DNA of 64,000 nucleotides from Zancudomyces culisetae HAW-14-8 (taxonomy: Eukaryota > Fungi > Kickxellomycota): assembly GCA_052426225.1 (NCBI GenBank), contig JBNJNM010000012.1, positions 1,426,001 through 1,490,000 of the forward strand, given 5' to 3'. The position numbers and the translations under genes are program-made. Positions 21,076 through 37,300 of this stretch are shown piece by piece; position 1 is the stretch's first letter, and every line of letters starts with the position of its first letter. The notes beneath the pieces are model-generated. The model was not told where the DNA came from, did not search any database, and worked only from the letters and a program-made list of their open reading frames with translations.

Positions 21076-23106
21076 TTCGTCTCTTGCTTCCCTGTTTAGT
21101 TGTCTATGCTATTAATGTACGTTATTTTACTCCTGGTCTTGAAAGTTCTCTTTTGTTTTATAACGCTCGTTTCTTGTATCTAGTTTCTTGTTTTTGCTTT
21201 TTGCTATTGTTTTCTTACTAATTTTTTCTGTATGTTGTTTCGTTTCCTCATAAAATACAAAAAGTTGTGAAATTTGCTTTAGCTTTCGTAAATACTGATA
21301 TTAAGGATATATATATTGCTTATTGGATAACATTAGTCTACAGTGTATACGAAGATTGGTTTCAAAGTGAATAAATATATTGTTATATCTTTTTGATGAA
21401 GGGAATAACGTTTCTATGTGTGTGGAAAAGGGTTGGATTTATATTGAATTTATAATGTCCATTGTATTCTGCTTGCCAGTTTATTTTTTTGTGAGCATTT
21501 GATGTGAAAAAAATATTAATAGAATTTGGAAATTGCAATGAACAATGGTAGAGGGAAGGTGGGGGAGAAAAGGCGTTGATTTGGAATGATTTAAGCGCTT
21601 TGTGGAAATAAACCCGATTCAATTAAATGCTCTTGAAATAGCCCGTTTTTCTTGCAATTTCAGTTTTTTCTCCTTAATTTTCTGCTTTTCTGTTTTTCTG
21701 TTTTCATATTCCTTTTCCCTTAATTAAAACAAATCAGGCAAATCAATACTTTTCAATGTGTTTATTTTTTACCAATTTTTAATCGCCACAAATTAAAAAC
21801 CCATAAACATTCAACCTTACGTAATACCGTTGATCCACACCTTCCTCGTTTTCTCACTCCCCCCCTTGCAATTTACAAGACAAAACTTTTATCAAAGAAA
21901 AATCAAGTATTCAATGCACTCACACCATAAAAAAACGACAAACGAGGAAAACTTGAATAGAAAAGACCTTTTAAATCATCATGTATCCGCTTTAGTGCGT
22001 TTAGTGTTTTTCTTTCTTCATTGAATAGATAATAAGGTCTTGAATATATTTAATTAAGCAAGTTATTTCTAAAATTGTTGGGATAGGAGCAGGAGTGAGT
22101 TAAAGTGAGTGTGAGTGTGAGTGTGAGTGTGGGGGTAGGTGCACAAGTTGGATGTGAGAGCCGCAGGGAAAATGAAGGGAAAGAGGTAATATTTGTCATT
22201 TTTTCTGTTGGTAAAACATATATCAGTATTGTCTAAAATTGTAAGTTTAACCGGAAATTAAATTAAAATAGCAATTGATATTTTCCAACAATACGGGTTT
22301 ACGTCCAATAAAACTGCGAGTCTTTGTAGACATGGCTAAGAAAACGCATCTAATGCTTCTTGGTTGGGAAGAGGTGCATAATTTTTTTTCCTCCTTTCCT
22401 TCTTTCCTTCCTACCCAACTCATTAAAAATATCGATAACACTATAAAACCAAATCTAGCCATACATCCGGTCTGCTTAACACTCGCACTGTCAATATATA
22501 TAGAGTATTGCATGCAGACTTATACAATTCTGAATAGGTATTGACTCCTTTGCATAGTAAACACATCACATCACACTACACCACACTGTATCTCCTCCTG
22601 CTTCTCCTCCTGCCTCTCCTCACTCCAATATAATGATTGATTTCTGTAACCATTCTTGATAAAAATGACTTTTTTGAATCATTTTTTTCAACCTAGCCAT
22701 CCCTCTCTATAGTCTCGTTCTTCAACAAAACAAAATAACTTTTGATTTTGGGTGATTAAAAAGTACAGTTCCAAGCGTATAGATGCTTTACACCACATAT
22801 ATACATTAATAGATCGGATATCAAACCAAACTATTGAAAGATATCTCATATTCCAATAGTCGGGTCATTCGAGTATAATGTGCAGTAAACATCCTTTAAA
22901 GTTAGCTGAGCAAAGAAAAAAATACTAAAAGCATAGCACCGAGCGAGTGCGCTTATGATACCAATGAAAGCAAATATGCTTTATTTTCAATTGTCATTGT
23001 ACTTTTAGATATAACGTAGCAGTCACCACCAAACGTAGATTGGTGCAACATCTAGAAAATATATTAATAAACGAAAATAGGGATAAAACGATAAAAATAT
23101 GAAAAC

Positions 23107-26100
23107 TTAATGTAATTTTTGAAGCTCCTCAAGAATAATAGTGTTGATGACATCCCTTCGGAGTTTGAGCTCAGCAGGACCTATTCCAAGGGCACCTGCG
23201 ACTTGGTTTCTGACGTCCTTTTTGGAAACAGTCATCAGATCACATCCTCCAAGAATTCGTGAAACAGCTGACCTAATAGCTTCATCAGGAATTCCAGATT
23301 CCCATGCCTGTGGAGCAGGTGCAACATTGTTAGTTGTATTCTCTTGTTGGTCCATAACCACTTGGTTCATGGCGGCAGCATTTACCATATTGGGGGCAAA
23401 TTGATTTTCGCTATAAGCTGGGGCGGACATATTTGGTATACTGCTGTAAGGAGAAACCATTCCAACTCCTGGGTTAGCCATGTTCATGTTCATGTTCATG
23501 TTCGTGTTCATGTTCATGTTCATGCTATTGTTAGGAATCATACCACCATAAGTGTTGTTTATAACCATGCTCTGGTGTTGAAGTGGAGATGGTACCCCAA
23601 ACTCGGCTGCGTTTACAGGAACAGACATTCGGTTAGCCATGTTTTGTGACATGTGATCTGGAACCATTCCCGAACTGGCAAAAGAAGGATTTTGTCGCAT
23701 TGGAACCCCTGCTCTAACCATATCAGGATTAAAGCTGTTGCGATAGTTTGGATCAACAAAATTATTGTTGTACATCATACTAGCCCTCTGGTTTTCATCC
23801 CAAGCTTCACTGTAACCATTGTGATGTGGGTTGATAGTAAACTTAGATACGCCGTTGTTTTGATATCCATATCCATACCCACCACCTTCTGGAATATAAA
23901 CAGATGCTGTAGCTGAGCCAGGACCAGAAGTCATAAGCCTGCTCATTGCACGTGGAATGTTTCCAATGGCCGATCCAGATCGAGGCACAACACTGCCAAG
24001 CTGGGAGCCGTTTTCTTCCTTGTCCTTGTTGGAGCTCATGTCCCACACCAACTCTTTCTCGTAATCAGACCACTTACGCATGGGTATGGTGGCGGGATCA
24101 AATAAATCGGCTTCGTCGGCATTGACTAATATTTTTGCACCGGATTCACCTACTACAATTCTAGTATTTCCCCATGAAAAGTCATCAAAGTGCCAGAAAG
24201 AATATACTGGAATGATACAAGAAAACAATGGAATTGCCAACAAGTATATAATCATCCAGCCAATGTGTTGCCATTGCCTGTGAAATATGAAGACCAATGC
24301 TTGCATAGCATAAATACCAACCAATAGGTATACACTGACGTATGATGTGTTCGCGTCTGCCGAAGTGAGCTGGTATGCCAATATAGCCAAATATCCGAGA
24401 GTTGCAGGCATCACCAATGTTGAAATGAGATCTATGAACACCACAAACCTCATGGAAAAGCAACAGAATCCACACATGTTAGAAAGAAAAGCAAGCTCAA
24501 AGAGATTGTGGACAGTCGAGTTGATCCATCGACGACGTTGAGATACCAAAATACTCCAACTATCTGGAGCATTTGTTTCACACTTGGCATCAGCAATAAA
24601 TCTCGTCTTGTAATATGAAAAGTTCTTTAACATCAGCGTTGTTAGATATCGGTCCTCACCCAGATACAAAAGATTCTTCTTGTGCAACGTGTCGGCCTTG
24701 TTTGTTGAATACTCCTCAATAATATTGTTAGCAATCAACAAGGGTGCTTTATCGACTCCCCTCATTCTGTACATGGTGAAACATCCAGGCAAACAGGTAA
24801 CTGTACCAAACAGCGATTCAAAGGCCTTTGACAGATGATGCGCAATGAAATACTCATATACCTGCATCATGGTTGTCCACGATGACTTTGCATTGGCGAG
24901 TCTTGTTTCACCACAAATTCCCATTGTCTTTGAGTCGTGCTGCAAAGCAGAAACCAGCCTGTTTAGTGAGTCTTCGTAAACTATTGTGTCGGCATCAACC
25001 ATAAACACTAGCTCGTAGTATCCTGGGTTGACACCAATAACATTTTTGATTTGATGGAACATTTCCAGTTCGAGTGGAGTCATTGGAGAGTTGAAGTGTA
25101 CCTTATTAAAGAATCTCATCAATAGGATTTGAGAATCACGCTTTCCTCTGTTTCCTGGTTTGGACCTTTCAAGCGGAGTTCCACATTTGGCAATAACCAG
25201 GTAAGGAACAACTCTTCCTGCTATTTCGTACAACCCTGAATAGACTTTGGCCATGTTGTGCTGTTTCATGCCATCACCAAGAGCAATGTAGCTTAGTGCC
25301 TCAGAATCCTCATTTGAATTTACACCTAGTATATCCAGTACTATTCTGGGAGTCGGTCTATCATTACCAGCTCCCATAATCATTCCGTCACAAACAATAA
25401 ACAAAAGTTTTCGCTTGTCATCATATTTTAACTTGGCTAGAGAATCTATGGTACCTCTCAGCGATTCTTCACCCTCTGTATAACATGGAATGTTACATAC
25501 GACAAAAATGTTTGATGGCTCTGGCTCTCTGTTGGATCCAAACCTAATGGAAGCAATGAATTTGAAAAATATAATCGATACAATAAACACTGAACCGGAC
25601 AACAACATATAGTTGGCAACATAACAGCGAACCGATTTTCTGATATCAACAACACCCATGTAAAACGCTCCTCTTAGACAGTTATAGCTAAGTTGTGCAA
25701 TCTTTGGTTTTAGCTCAGCATATTTTTTCCACTGTTCTGTGACATCCTTTCCAGGGTTGGATTCAAATAATACTTTAATGTCATTGTCAAGGAACTCTCT
25801 GTTGGAAACTGTTGTAGTGTCATTGGAAATTCCATCAGGTGTAATCAAAAACGGTGCTCCTCCTGAATTGATGTAGTTGGTCAGATCAAACACCTCGCCA
25901 TTTATTATGCTTCTGTATTTAATCACATCTGTATTAGAAGCAGTATCAGTTGGACTATCCTTTAATATGTATTTCGGATCGATAGCTATATTTCCTGCAC
26001 GTCTGGATTTTCTCAGTACTCTCATTACGTGATACTGGTAGTAATTGAATGCCTGGTCATCGTCTGGATGTCTGTACCATCTGTGGTCATGATAGTATAC

Positions 26101-28944
26101 ATCTGAGTATAGTGAGGGTTTATCCTGTAGTGATAGTCGAGGGTCAATATCCAATCCAAGACAGACAAAAGATAGCTGGAATGGGAATAGGTATGATAGA
26201 TCTTTGCCTAAATAATTTCTGTCTGCAATATACTTAAAGTTGATACCAGCATGGTTGAAGTCTTTAACATTAAATACCTCACCACGAACAGAAACAAGAG
26301 CATCTTTGGCCGTACTATGACCAGCAAGTTCCTGCGCTGAGTAGATGTTTTGTTTTGGGCATATTATCACACCCAGCCCACCTATCCAAAACAGTACCAG
26401 GGCACACAAGTAGAAAATAATTGAGCACAATGCAAACTTTTCCCTCCATGCCGTGACTTGATCACTTCGCTCAAGCTTGGCAAATTTCTTAATCATGGGA
26501 TCAGGTATCCACCATGTAAAGAAGGTTGTAGCACGCAACCAGTTTCTGCGAGTACTGGACATCTGATCCTTTTTGACCTTGGTATCATCAATATCCTTTT
26601 CCTGCGTCTTTTTCCCTTTCTTATTCTTTGATTCTCCACCACCAAGCTTGTCTGAATCCGCTTCATTCTTTTCAGAGATTAATTCTGAGTCTTCAAACGA
26701 GTCTTTCTCATTCAGCTCCAAATCCTCTAAAGACTTTTTAAATACGGTAGGACTGCTCTCAATCTCCGTTCTTCTAAGCGGATCGTCCAGTTTTCGCCAA
26801 CACGAGTAGCTGACAAAAACCTTGGTCTCCCCTATACTCATGTCAGCGCTGCTAAGCTTCATGTTTGATTTAAGCTTCTTGCATTTCTCCTTTGCATTTA
26901 TCGATGAGTCGGTTAGTAGCAAACTTGAAATCAACTCATCATACCTAAAGCAGAAATCTTCATGTTTCATCGCCGCCGCAAATTCCACGCGCTTTCTCCT
27001 AACCACATCACCCAAACTATACGCCTTGACCTGTGCCCGGATTATTTTGCTTTCAGCGACTCTTGGTCTAAAGGAGCTGTTGGATTTCATACACAAAACA
27101 AACCAAGGAAGTGTATCGTCAAGAGTAGTAACCAAATCGGTAATATCCCGCTGGAATTTGGTGACTACACACTCACCAGATTTTGTGGGTGTGGCTTTGG
27201 CTTTTTGTTTTTTAGTTTTTGTTGGAGCATACTTGGTAGTATCCTCAGTGTTGCTAAACAAACCAGCAATAAATGTATTTTTGGACCCATTGGAGTATCT
27301 ATCTCCTACAAAAATCGTGGTAAAGTCATCAACCGAGGATTCCATGTTGAGCGGAGTAAACTTATCTACCATATACGTGGTACTTCCAAAAAAGTGCTGG
27401 ACTCCAAATACATTAAGATCGTTTTTGCTGTCCACGTTTACGTAGAATGGGTTTGATGCCTCGGCTTTTGAAAACATTCGCAGCGCTTGCATACTTGCGT
27501 CCTTCCCCTTTAATCCAGTGTCAAACCTTTTTTCTTTATTTACACCAGTTTTGTAGGCGTTATATTGCTGATCCAATACCGCAAAGAGTCCATCTGGTGC
27601 CTTCATAAACAAGTCAAGACATTTGCTACGGTCTTTGTGTTTGACCACTGGCACACTTTTTAATTTTTCTGCAGCATACTCCTCGTTGCCCAAGGTAAAC
27701 ACTTGGTAGTTCATGAAATGGTGCATTCTTTCAGCAAGGTAGTTGAAACACATCTGGTAAAATCCAATTTTTTTTCCTGCAGCATACCCCGGCATATCAA
27801 CCAGCCCAATAAATGTATTAACCTCTGCTTCATCCCTGCATAGCTGCTGATTAATGGTATCAATGATCCAGTTTACAAGCTGCTTGTACAGAGTTCTTGC
27901 CAGCTCATGCTTTCGTTCGTTTGCTCCCTCAATGTCCAACACCACCTCAACTCTTTGTCGCCCTATTAGCTGCGACTTATTTGTTATTGCTTCTTCCAGT
28001 GTCTTTTTCTCAACCCCAAGGCTATCGACCACAGATTCGATTCCATTCACAATCAGTTCTTGTCTATAACTATTCGAATCTTTTCTAAAAGTTAGATTTC
28101 CCAAGGCCAAAATACCAGCCAAAACTTTGAATATCGATTTGATACTTTTGGTGTTAATCTTCATGGCTTTCATAGCCTGAGTAAGCTGCTCAAAGCCAAT
28201 CCCATCATCAGTATGAATAAGATTGGTATCTACCTCGGCCTTTTTTAGATATTCGAATGAAATTCCACCACCTATACCAATTCCCAGCTCCTCACGCATT
28301 TTACCTGACCCATTGGCCAAATAATGAAACACATGAAAGTTTCGTTCACTGTTTCCAGGATGGGTAACCCTGCTCAGTTCAAGGTGATAACTTATTGTTT
28401 TACACCCAATTGCCTCTGCATTATCGTCAAACTGCACCTCCTGATAAATCCCAGCTCTCGATGCATTTACATGACTGGTGTGAGCATTTGTAAACGCCTC
28501 AATCACTACATTTGAAGCTCTCACAAGTCGAAAGACATCTTGAGGCTTTCGTTTTTCCTTGAGCAATGAAAGCATCGCCAACGCCAATTTGCGCTGAGAT
28601 GTTTTTCCACCCCCACTCTCTCCCAAAAATATCAAAGATTGGTTCAACTCCGTTTGCTTCATGTGTAAATAGGCAGACTCGGCCACTTTGAAGATATGTG
28701 GTTCCATCTCCTTGGCATTTTTATCCACCTTTTTGAAATCTTCGACATACAACCGCGCAATATTGTCTCCATAACACATTAGCTCTTCGTTTGGGTTGAT
28801 GTGAACCAGCATACGTGCCCCAATTTGCGTATATACCTGAAGTTTGTTCGCTTCAAATTTTTCCAGCAACTCCCTAACCACCTCGTCATCAGTGGATGAG
28901 CCCGCCCTTGGACCTTTTGCAAGGTCAAAATTCTTTGGTTCCAT
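23107..28944 (-). CDS. Myosin-motor chitin synthase (class V-like), 1945 aa
   Basis: Myosin P-loop GESGGGKT, DMPGY switch II; WREK, cytochrome b5-like region, PCYTEGE, GKRDSQ, VDADT, CLPGCF, LGEDRYLTT, QRRRW; C-terminal DEK-C-like domain. Confidence 0.97.
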   Translation of the reverse strand: MEPKNFDLAKGPRAGSSTDDEVVRELLEKFEANKLQVYTQIGARMLVHINPNEELMCYGDNIARLYVEDFKKVDKNAKEMEPHIFKVAESAYLHMKQTELNQSLIFLGESGGGKTSQRKLALAMLSLLKEKRKPQDVFRLVRASNVVIEAFTNAHTSHVNASRAGIYQEVQFDDNAEAIGCKTISYHLELSRVTHPGNSERNFHVFHYLANGSGKMREELGIGIGGGISFEYLKKAEVDTNLIHTDDGIGFEQLTQAMKAMKINTKSIKSIFKVLAGILALGNLTFRKDSNSYRQELIVNGIESVVDSLGVEKKTLEEAITNKSQLIGRQRVEVVLDIEGANERKHELARTLYKQLVNWIIDTINQQLCRDEAEVNTFIGLVDMPGYAAGKKIGFYQMCFNYLAERMHHFMNYQVFTLGNEEYAAEKLKSVPVVKHKDRSKCLDLFMKAPDGLFAVLDQQYNAYKTGVNKEKRFDTGLKGKDASMQALRMFSKAEASNPFYVNVDSKNDLNVFGVQHFFGSTTYMVDKFTPLNMESSVDDFTTIFVGDRYSNGSKNTFIAGLFSNTEDTTKYAPTKTKKQKAKATPTKSGECVVTKFQRDITDLVTTLDDTLPWFVLCMKSNSSFRPRVAESKIIRAQVKAYSLGDVVRRKRVEFAAAMKHEDFCFRYDELISSLLLTDSSINAKEKCKKLKSNMKLSSADMSIGETKVFVSYSCWRKLDDPLRRTEIESSPTVFKKSLEDLELNEKDSFEDSELISEKNEADSDKLGGGESKNKKGKKTQEKDIDDTKVKKDQMSSTRRNWLRATTFFTWWIPDPMIKKFAKLERSDQVTAWREKFALCSIIFYLCALVLFWIGGLGVIICPKQNIYSAQELAGHSTAKDALVSVRGEVFNVKDFNHAGINFKYIADRNYLGKDLSYLFPFQLSFVCLGLDIDPRLSLQDKPSLYSDVYYHDHRWYRHPDDDQAFNYYQYHVMRVLRKSRRAGNIAIDPKYILKDSPTDTASNTDVIKYRSIINGEVFDLTNYINSGGAPFLITPDGISNDTTTVSNREFLDNDIKVLFESNPGKDVTEQWKKYAELKPKIAQLSYNCLRGAFYMGVVDIRKSVRCYVANYMLLSGSVFIVSIIFFKFIASIRFGSNREPEPSNIFVVCNIPCYTEGEESLRGTIDSLAKLKYDDKRKLLFIVCDGMIMGAGNDRPTPRIVLDILGVNSNEDSEALSYIALGDGMKQHNMAKVYSGLYEIAGRVVPYLVIAKCGTPLERSKPGNRGKRDSQILLMRFFNKVHFNSPMTPLELEMFHQIKNVIGVNPGYYELVFMVDADTIVYEDSLNRLVSALQHDSKTMGICGETRLANAKSSWTTMMQVYEYFIAHHLSKAFESLFGTVTCLPGCFTMYRMRGVDKAPLLIANNIIEEYSTNKADTLHKKNLLYLGEDRYLTTLMLKNFSYYKTRFIADAKCETNAPDSWSILVSQRRRWINSTVHNLFELAFLSNMCGFCCFSMRFVVFIDLISTLVMPATLGYLAILAYQLTSADANTSYVSVYLLVGIYAMQALVFIFHRQWQHIGWMIIYLLAIPLFSCIIPVYSFWHFDDFSWGNTRIVVGESGAKILVNADEADLFDPATIPMRKWSDYEKELVWDMSSNKDKEENGSQLGSVVPRSGSAIGNIPRAMSRLMTSGPGSATASVYIPEGGGYGYGYQNNGVSKFTINPHHNGYSEAWDENQRASMMYNNNFVDPNYRNSFNPDMVRAGVPMRQNPSFASSGMVPDHMSQNMANRMSVPVNAAEFGVPSPLQHQSMVINNTYGGMIPNNSMNMNMNTNMNMNMNMANPGVGMVSPYSSIPNMSAPAYSENQFAPNMVNAAAMNQVVMDQQENTTNNVAPAPQAWESGIPDEAIRSAVSRILGGCDLMTVSKKDVRNQVAGALGIGPAELKLRRDVINTIILEELQKLH

Positions 28945-31900
28945 GTTCTTTTCTTCTACAAATCTCTATTCCAATATAATCCAAGATTATAAACAACTGC
29001 AGTTTTTTAGCGTTTAAGCTTATTCCATTCAAACACTGTGTATCTAAAAGTATAATCTATTCTTCTAATTATTACCAGGGTTATTATATTTTTATCTTTT
29101 ACCTTTCGCTAGTATTTTAGGTATTTAAAGGAACATACGAGTATTAATATATTAAGTTTAAAGTAAAAGTGTGTAACACTGTATCAGATATATAGAATAG
29201 GAAAATAGCTTTGATACACTTTTAAGCTAAATGAGGATTTAAAAAAAAGTACAATTGTATCACTTTATATTATCAAAGACTTTTCAACGTTAAGATTTTA
29301 ATACAAGTTAGATTATTATGACTTTGTATTTTACTGTCATTTACATTTTTAGAACTTGTAGCTACAATGGCCAAATCTTCTGCATATTGTAGAGCAATCT
29401 ATAGTCTACTGCCTATTATCCACTAGCCACAATCGATTTTTTTTATAGTATGAATTTCATTTTGATAGTGTAACATTGATGTTAATTATCCAATTCCAGA
29501 ATCCCACAATGGGGGTACGGAGGAAATTTCAAAAGTATCCAATATGGTCGTAATTACAAGTTTAAAGAAGAACTGGATGTGGTAGCTGGTAGCGGTTTCA
29601 TTATTCTAATTACCCAAGTATAGAACGCATATTTGCATACACATGCTTGAATGATAAGGTGACTCCTGTTTGTAGCTGTGTATTTAATTGTTATATAACC
29701 GTTATAACTTTTGTCTCTCCAGAAAGTAACAGCTTTTCAACGACCTTGTAAAAAAAAAATGAAGGAGAGAGGGGCTATGATTCAAACAAAAGCTAGCGTA
29801 TACTAATTGTACTCACAAAAAATCGATAGTATTGATTGTTTGATGAGCATTTGTGTTTCATTGCATTTACCGGCTTCGAATTATCAACAAACAATACTCT
29901 TTCCTAGAAATATGCATTTTCTAATTGTTTGAAAAAATACTTTTATATAAACAATACATAAAAATTAAAACACAAAAGGCGGAGAGGAAGTTAAGCTATG
30001 ATAACATGGTTTTGAGGATTAAAGTATGATAGTATTTATCATTAGCTGGAGTATGGTATGCAATGTTACAGGCTTGGAAATAAGGTCAATATGCATTCTT
30101 GAAGACCCGCATTTGTGTCGAATCTATTGAAACCCCCCCCATTAAACACGAATAATTAATTGCTCATAGTACTAACAACAGGGCGGAGATAGTTGTGGGA
30201 TCCTTATATCAAGGAAAATTTGTATCTCAAACCCCCAAAAATATACTACATTGTCATAATATGTGGTTTCAAGGAAGAGGGTGGGTGGAAAAGAGGGGGG
30301 GGATTAACTGTATTTTAGATTATTATACGCTCGGTTAATGAAAATTCCGCTGAATGTGATGAAGGATAAGGAGGAGAGGGGGAAGGGGAAGGGGAAGGGG
30401 AAAGTGGTAATGGTATGAGATCATCTCTTTTCTTTTTTTTAACAAACGCGTTAATGATGGCTAGACAATTGTATAGCATGTTACTTGAATAACAAGGTGA
30501 CAGTAGTATAAGCAAGTGCAGTGCTCTTTTTTTTGTATTGTATTTTGCAAATCGGTTATACTCGACCCTTGCTGCCGAAACATCTTTTTTTCTTACAATA
30601 AAGAATTATTGCAAGTGTAAAGACAAAGTATAAAATGGGAAACAGGAATCTAACTCGTATAGATACAGTTGTTTATACGGCGGGTTCTTGCTTTTTGAAT
30701 TGGAATATCTCCGAAAACATCCTAATAAAGTTATTATATAAATAAGGCTTAGTATCAACACAAAGAATAAGGGGAAAGATAGACAAAGAGCCCGATGTAT
30801 CAAGGGATTTGGGGGAGAGGGGTTGATTAGTGATGTTTTGTGTGCAGACTTTAGTATACAGCATATACGATTGCATCATAGAGCACAAAAGGGTTCATCC
30901 CAATGATATTTGTGTAGGGTATGGTTGATACCTCTTTGATTTGTTACAAACATATTCTGTTTACGAGATTTTAGGTATACTGTGTCCTCCTCCTTTCTGT
31001 TGCCGATTTCGCGTGTTCAACGAACAACTGACCGTTGTATTCACATTCTGATATAACGTTGCATTTTTTTTTGCTAGAAAAATACAAGGTCAAGGAATTT
31101 GGACTTTGAACTTTTGTCATCCTGGCTTTAAATTCAATATAATATTCTTTTATTCTATTTTTCTTTCTTCTTTTTTGATTGGTATTGAGGATACCAGAAC
31201 CTGTAAAGAATTGTTTTTTTATCTTTGTCAAGTGTTGAGATTGTGAATTGTACAGCATGAGGTATAAAAAAAAAGACGGTATAACGGGCAACGCTCTGAA
31301 GATTTATGCATTGGGATTACCAAAAAGCATCAACCCGTTTGAATAGGAAAAAAGCCTTCCCCGCTCTTGACGAGTGTCTTGTCATTAGCCTGGTTAGTAC
31401 ACATCCTTTGTTTTCCTATTTTTTGGATGTTAGTATAATGTGATATTTAAACTGGACATGTAGCCAAAAGAGGAAGGGATTACACTATAGGAATGAAAGA
31501 GGAAAAAAGAAATAGAGGAAAAGAGGAAAAGAGGGGATAATGGGAAAAGGTGGAAAAAAATGGAATTAAATGAGGGTTGAGTTTGGAATCCAGTTGAAAT
31601 TAGAGAGGAGGGAGGGTGAGGATGAGGATGAGGATGAGGGTGAGGGTGAGGGGAGGGGAGGATGAGCTGATTCACTAAAAATTTTTTTTAATCTACAATG
31701 CTACAAAGTGCATACAAAAAAGTATGTGAAAACAATGACAAATGCAAGAGCAGAAATCACAAGAGTTCTGTAAAACCATTGGATCATAGTTCAAAGTAAA
31801 CCAATAATGCTGGATGAAAATTTTTTTTATATTTTTAGGAATTAGTGCATTTCAGATATTAACCACCATCATTCTCGGGCATAAAAAAATAGGAACTATC

Positions 31901-32024
31901 AAAGGAGTCAAAAAGAAAAAAATTTTATAAGTTGGTAAAGAAATAATACAAATAATAAATAAAACAAACTCTGAAATTAAAAAAAAGTTGTACAAAGATA
32001 CAAAAAAAAATAAAAGAGACGATT

Positions 32025-34214
<2,190 letters not shown>

Positions 34215-34378
34215 GTTTCTTTTTTTAACATCTGTTTTATTAAAATAGATTTTTTTTTCTTTTTTTTTCCTTCTTTGGTCGTATTTTCCTCTGTTATATA
34301 TATTCTTTCCTTTTTTTTCTTCTAATTTATCCCTATCTCTAACCCTACCCCTATCTCCTTGCTTGTCTTTATCCTATT

Positions 34379-37300
34379 CTACCCCCTGACTTTGTCCTCT
34401 AAAACCCTCTCAACCACCCCATTCACTATCTCTCTATTTCTTTCCATCTCTTCTCGGTCAAATCCATATCTTCTCCATAAAATCTCTCGTATTTGTCTCT
34501 TGGTGACTTTCTCCAAATCTTCCGTCCTGAGAATCTCATCTATTGCATTTTCCATCATCATCCATCCATTTCGTTGTTGATGCACCACGCCCCTTCCATA
34601 GACACTTGGTGATAGTATACCCGATCGCGGGCTACTTCTAATATACTTGATGTTTTGTTCCGACGTTCCAACTCTTATGCTAGGCACATATTGACTATAG
34701 CTTGTGACAATATGGCTCGGGTACATACTTAAATTACTCGGAATACTATAGTTATTTGTATACACCTCATCCTCCTTTTTTTCTTCTTGCCTAGCTTCTT
34801 TATACTGATTTATTCCCTTTCTCACTTGACCACCACTATTACTGTAAAAAACATCTGTCATCTTATCGAGATTTCTGGTTTGTACCATTTCATGTCCAGC
34901 ACTTTTAATATTGCCAAAGCTACTGTTGTTTTGAATCAACATCCCCTCGGTATTTTCAAAAAAATGAATTCCTCCAGCTGGCCTCATCCGGATCTTGTTT
35001 GTATAATTATTGTACTGGTTGCTGACTCGCTGTAACCCATACAAAATCTCGCTGTTTGCCCGGTTTGGGTTCGGTTGTGGCGAAGCTGCATTTCCCATGA
35101 TATTCTGTACTCTATGCAGAACCACTGATCCTGTTCCTATGCTTTTGGATCTCAATCCAAGCTGGTTTACACCACCATTCAGGTGGAAATTAGAGCTTTC
35201 AAGGATCTGCCTCTTTCGTTGTTGTTGGTATTCGTCTGTTTTAATTGTTGGGCTGTTACTTGGTATTGGTCCTCTACTACTCGATCTCTTTGTAATATCT
35301 GCGTCGTTTTCAGCAAGCCGGATAATGCAATGCTCGTCCCATGATTTTAGTGGAATGTTGACTTGATCGTACTCATTTTGATTTGGCGAAGTTTCAACCT
35401 TGTTGTTTCCAGAATCGCCTAACACTACCCTTGTGTTTCCCCATGAAAAATCATCAAAATGCCAGAACGAATATATCGGGATGAAAAACGAAAACACTGG
35501 TATCGCAAAAATATACACTATCATCCAGCCAATGTTCTGCCACTGCTTCTTTATAATGAACAAAAGTGCTTGTAGTGAATAAATTGCTGCCATCAAGCAG
35601 ACGGAAACCATTGGAACCTGCGATGTTGATGTAAACAACAGATACAAAATGTACCCGAGGTACACCACCGTGGCTGGCATAATCAACGTCGATAGCAGGT
35701 CGACAAGTACCACAAACCGCATCGAGAAGCAACAAAACCCACACAACCTAGGCAGGAACACCAGCTCAAACATGTTGTGGACCGTCGAGTTGATCCACCG
35801 ACGTCGCTGCGATAACAGTACCTGCCACGAGTCTGGCGCATTTGTGCGGCACTGTGCATCCGGTGTAAACTTTGTTTTGTTGTACGGCAGATGCTTGAGC
35901 ATCAGAGTTGTTAAATATCGGTCCTCACCCAAACTCAGAAGATTTTTTTTGTGTAGCGTATCAACTTTGCTTTCCGAGTATTCTTGAATAATTTGGTTGG
36001 ATATCAGTAGCGGTTGGTTGGTTTCGGGTGTCCGGAGCCGATACATGCTGAAACATCCTGGTAGACAGGTAACTGATCCGAACAGCGATTCAAATGCCTT
36101 TGACAGATGGTGGGAGATATAGTACTCGTATACCTGGATCATAGTCACCCATGTGGCCTTTTCATTTGCCAGCATAGTTTCCCCACACAGGCCCATCAGC
36201 TTGGAATCGTGGACCATGCAGCTAACCATTCTGTTGAGGGACTCTGGATATACATATGTGTCTGCATCTACCATCATAACAAATTCGTAGTATGCAGGAT
36301 CAACACCAATGACGTTTTTTATCTGATGGTATATTTCCAACTCGAGAGGGGTCATTTTTAAGTTAAAGTGAACCCGATTAAAAAAATTCATCAGTATAAT
36401 CTGTGAATCCCTTTTGCCTCGATTCCCCTGTTTTATGTGCTCTTGCTTATTACCATGTTTTACTACTACAAGGTATGGGACTACATGTCCTGATACCTGA
36501 TAAAGCCCCGAAAACACTTTTCCTTTGTTATGCTTCTTAAACCCCTCACCCAGCGAGATGTAATCAAACGAGTTTGTGTCATAGTCCTGGTTGTGGCCAT
36601 GGTTATTATTATGGTTACTATTTAGAATGTCCAGAACTATCCTGGGTGTTGGACGGTCGTTTCCTGTGCCCATAACCAAACCATCGCAGATAATAAATAG
36701 AAGCTTTCTCTTGTCGTCGTATTTCAACGTGGCAATGGAATCAATGGTGAGTCTCAACGACTCCTCACCCTCCGTATAGCATGGAATGTTACAAACCACA
36801 AAGTTGCTATGTTCCTCCGGATCACGTCTTGGCGAAAGCTGCAAGGCGGCTAGAAACTTGAACAAAATAACACTTGCAAGGGCTACTGAGCTAGCCAACA
36901 ATACATAATTTGCAAAATAACACTGGAATGATGTCCTGTGGTCAACTATTCCTGCATAATACGCGCCCCTCAGACAGTTGTAGTGTAGTCGCTGACTCTT
37001 TTTATTTTTTCTAAAGTATCGGTCCCACCGTTCGGTAATATCCATTCCAGAATATACTTGGAACATGTTTTTTACATTCTCATCAAGAAACTCGCGACTG
37101 GCTGTTTGGTTGGAAACTCCTGGTGGAGAAAGAACATATGGTGCTCCATTGTAGTTTATGTAATCTGTCAAGTCAAACACTTGTTGGTTGATTACAGCCC
37201 AGTATCTTTTCTCACCCTTATCCGTGCCTTTACCCATTTTCTGTATTTTTTTGGGATCGATCGACACTTGCCCACGTGAATACAAGTTTCTCAACATCCT

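Noticed and set aside
30375-31665. Short ORFs with PSPSPS/PHPHPH runs
   Set aside because: Intergenic hexamer microsatellites (GGGGAA, GAGGAT/GAGGGT) with no coding support.
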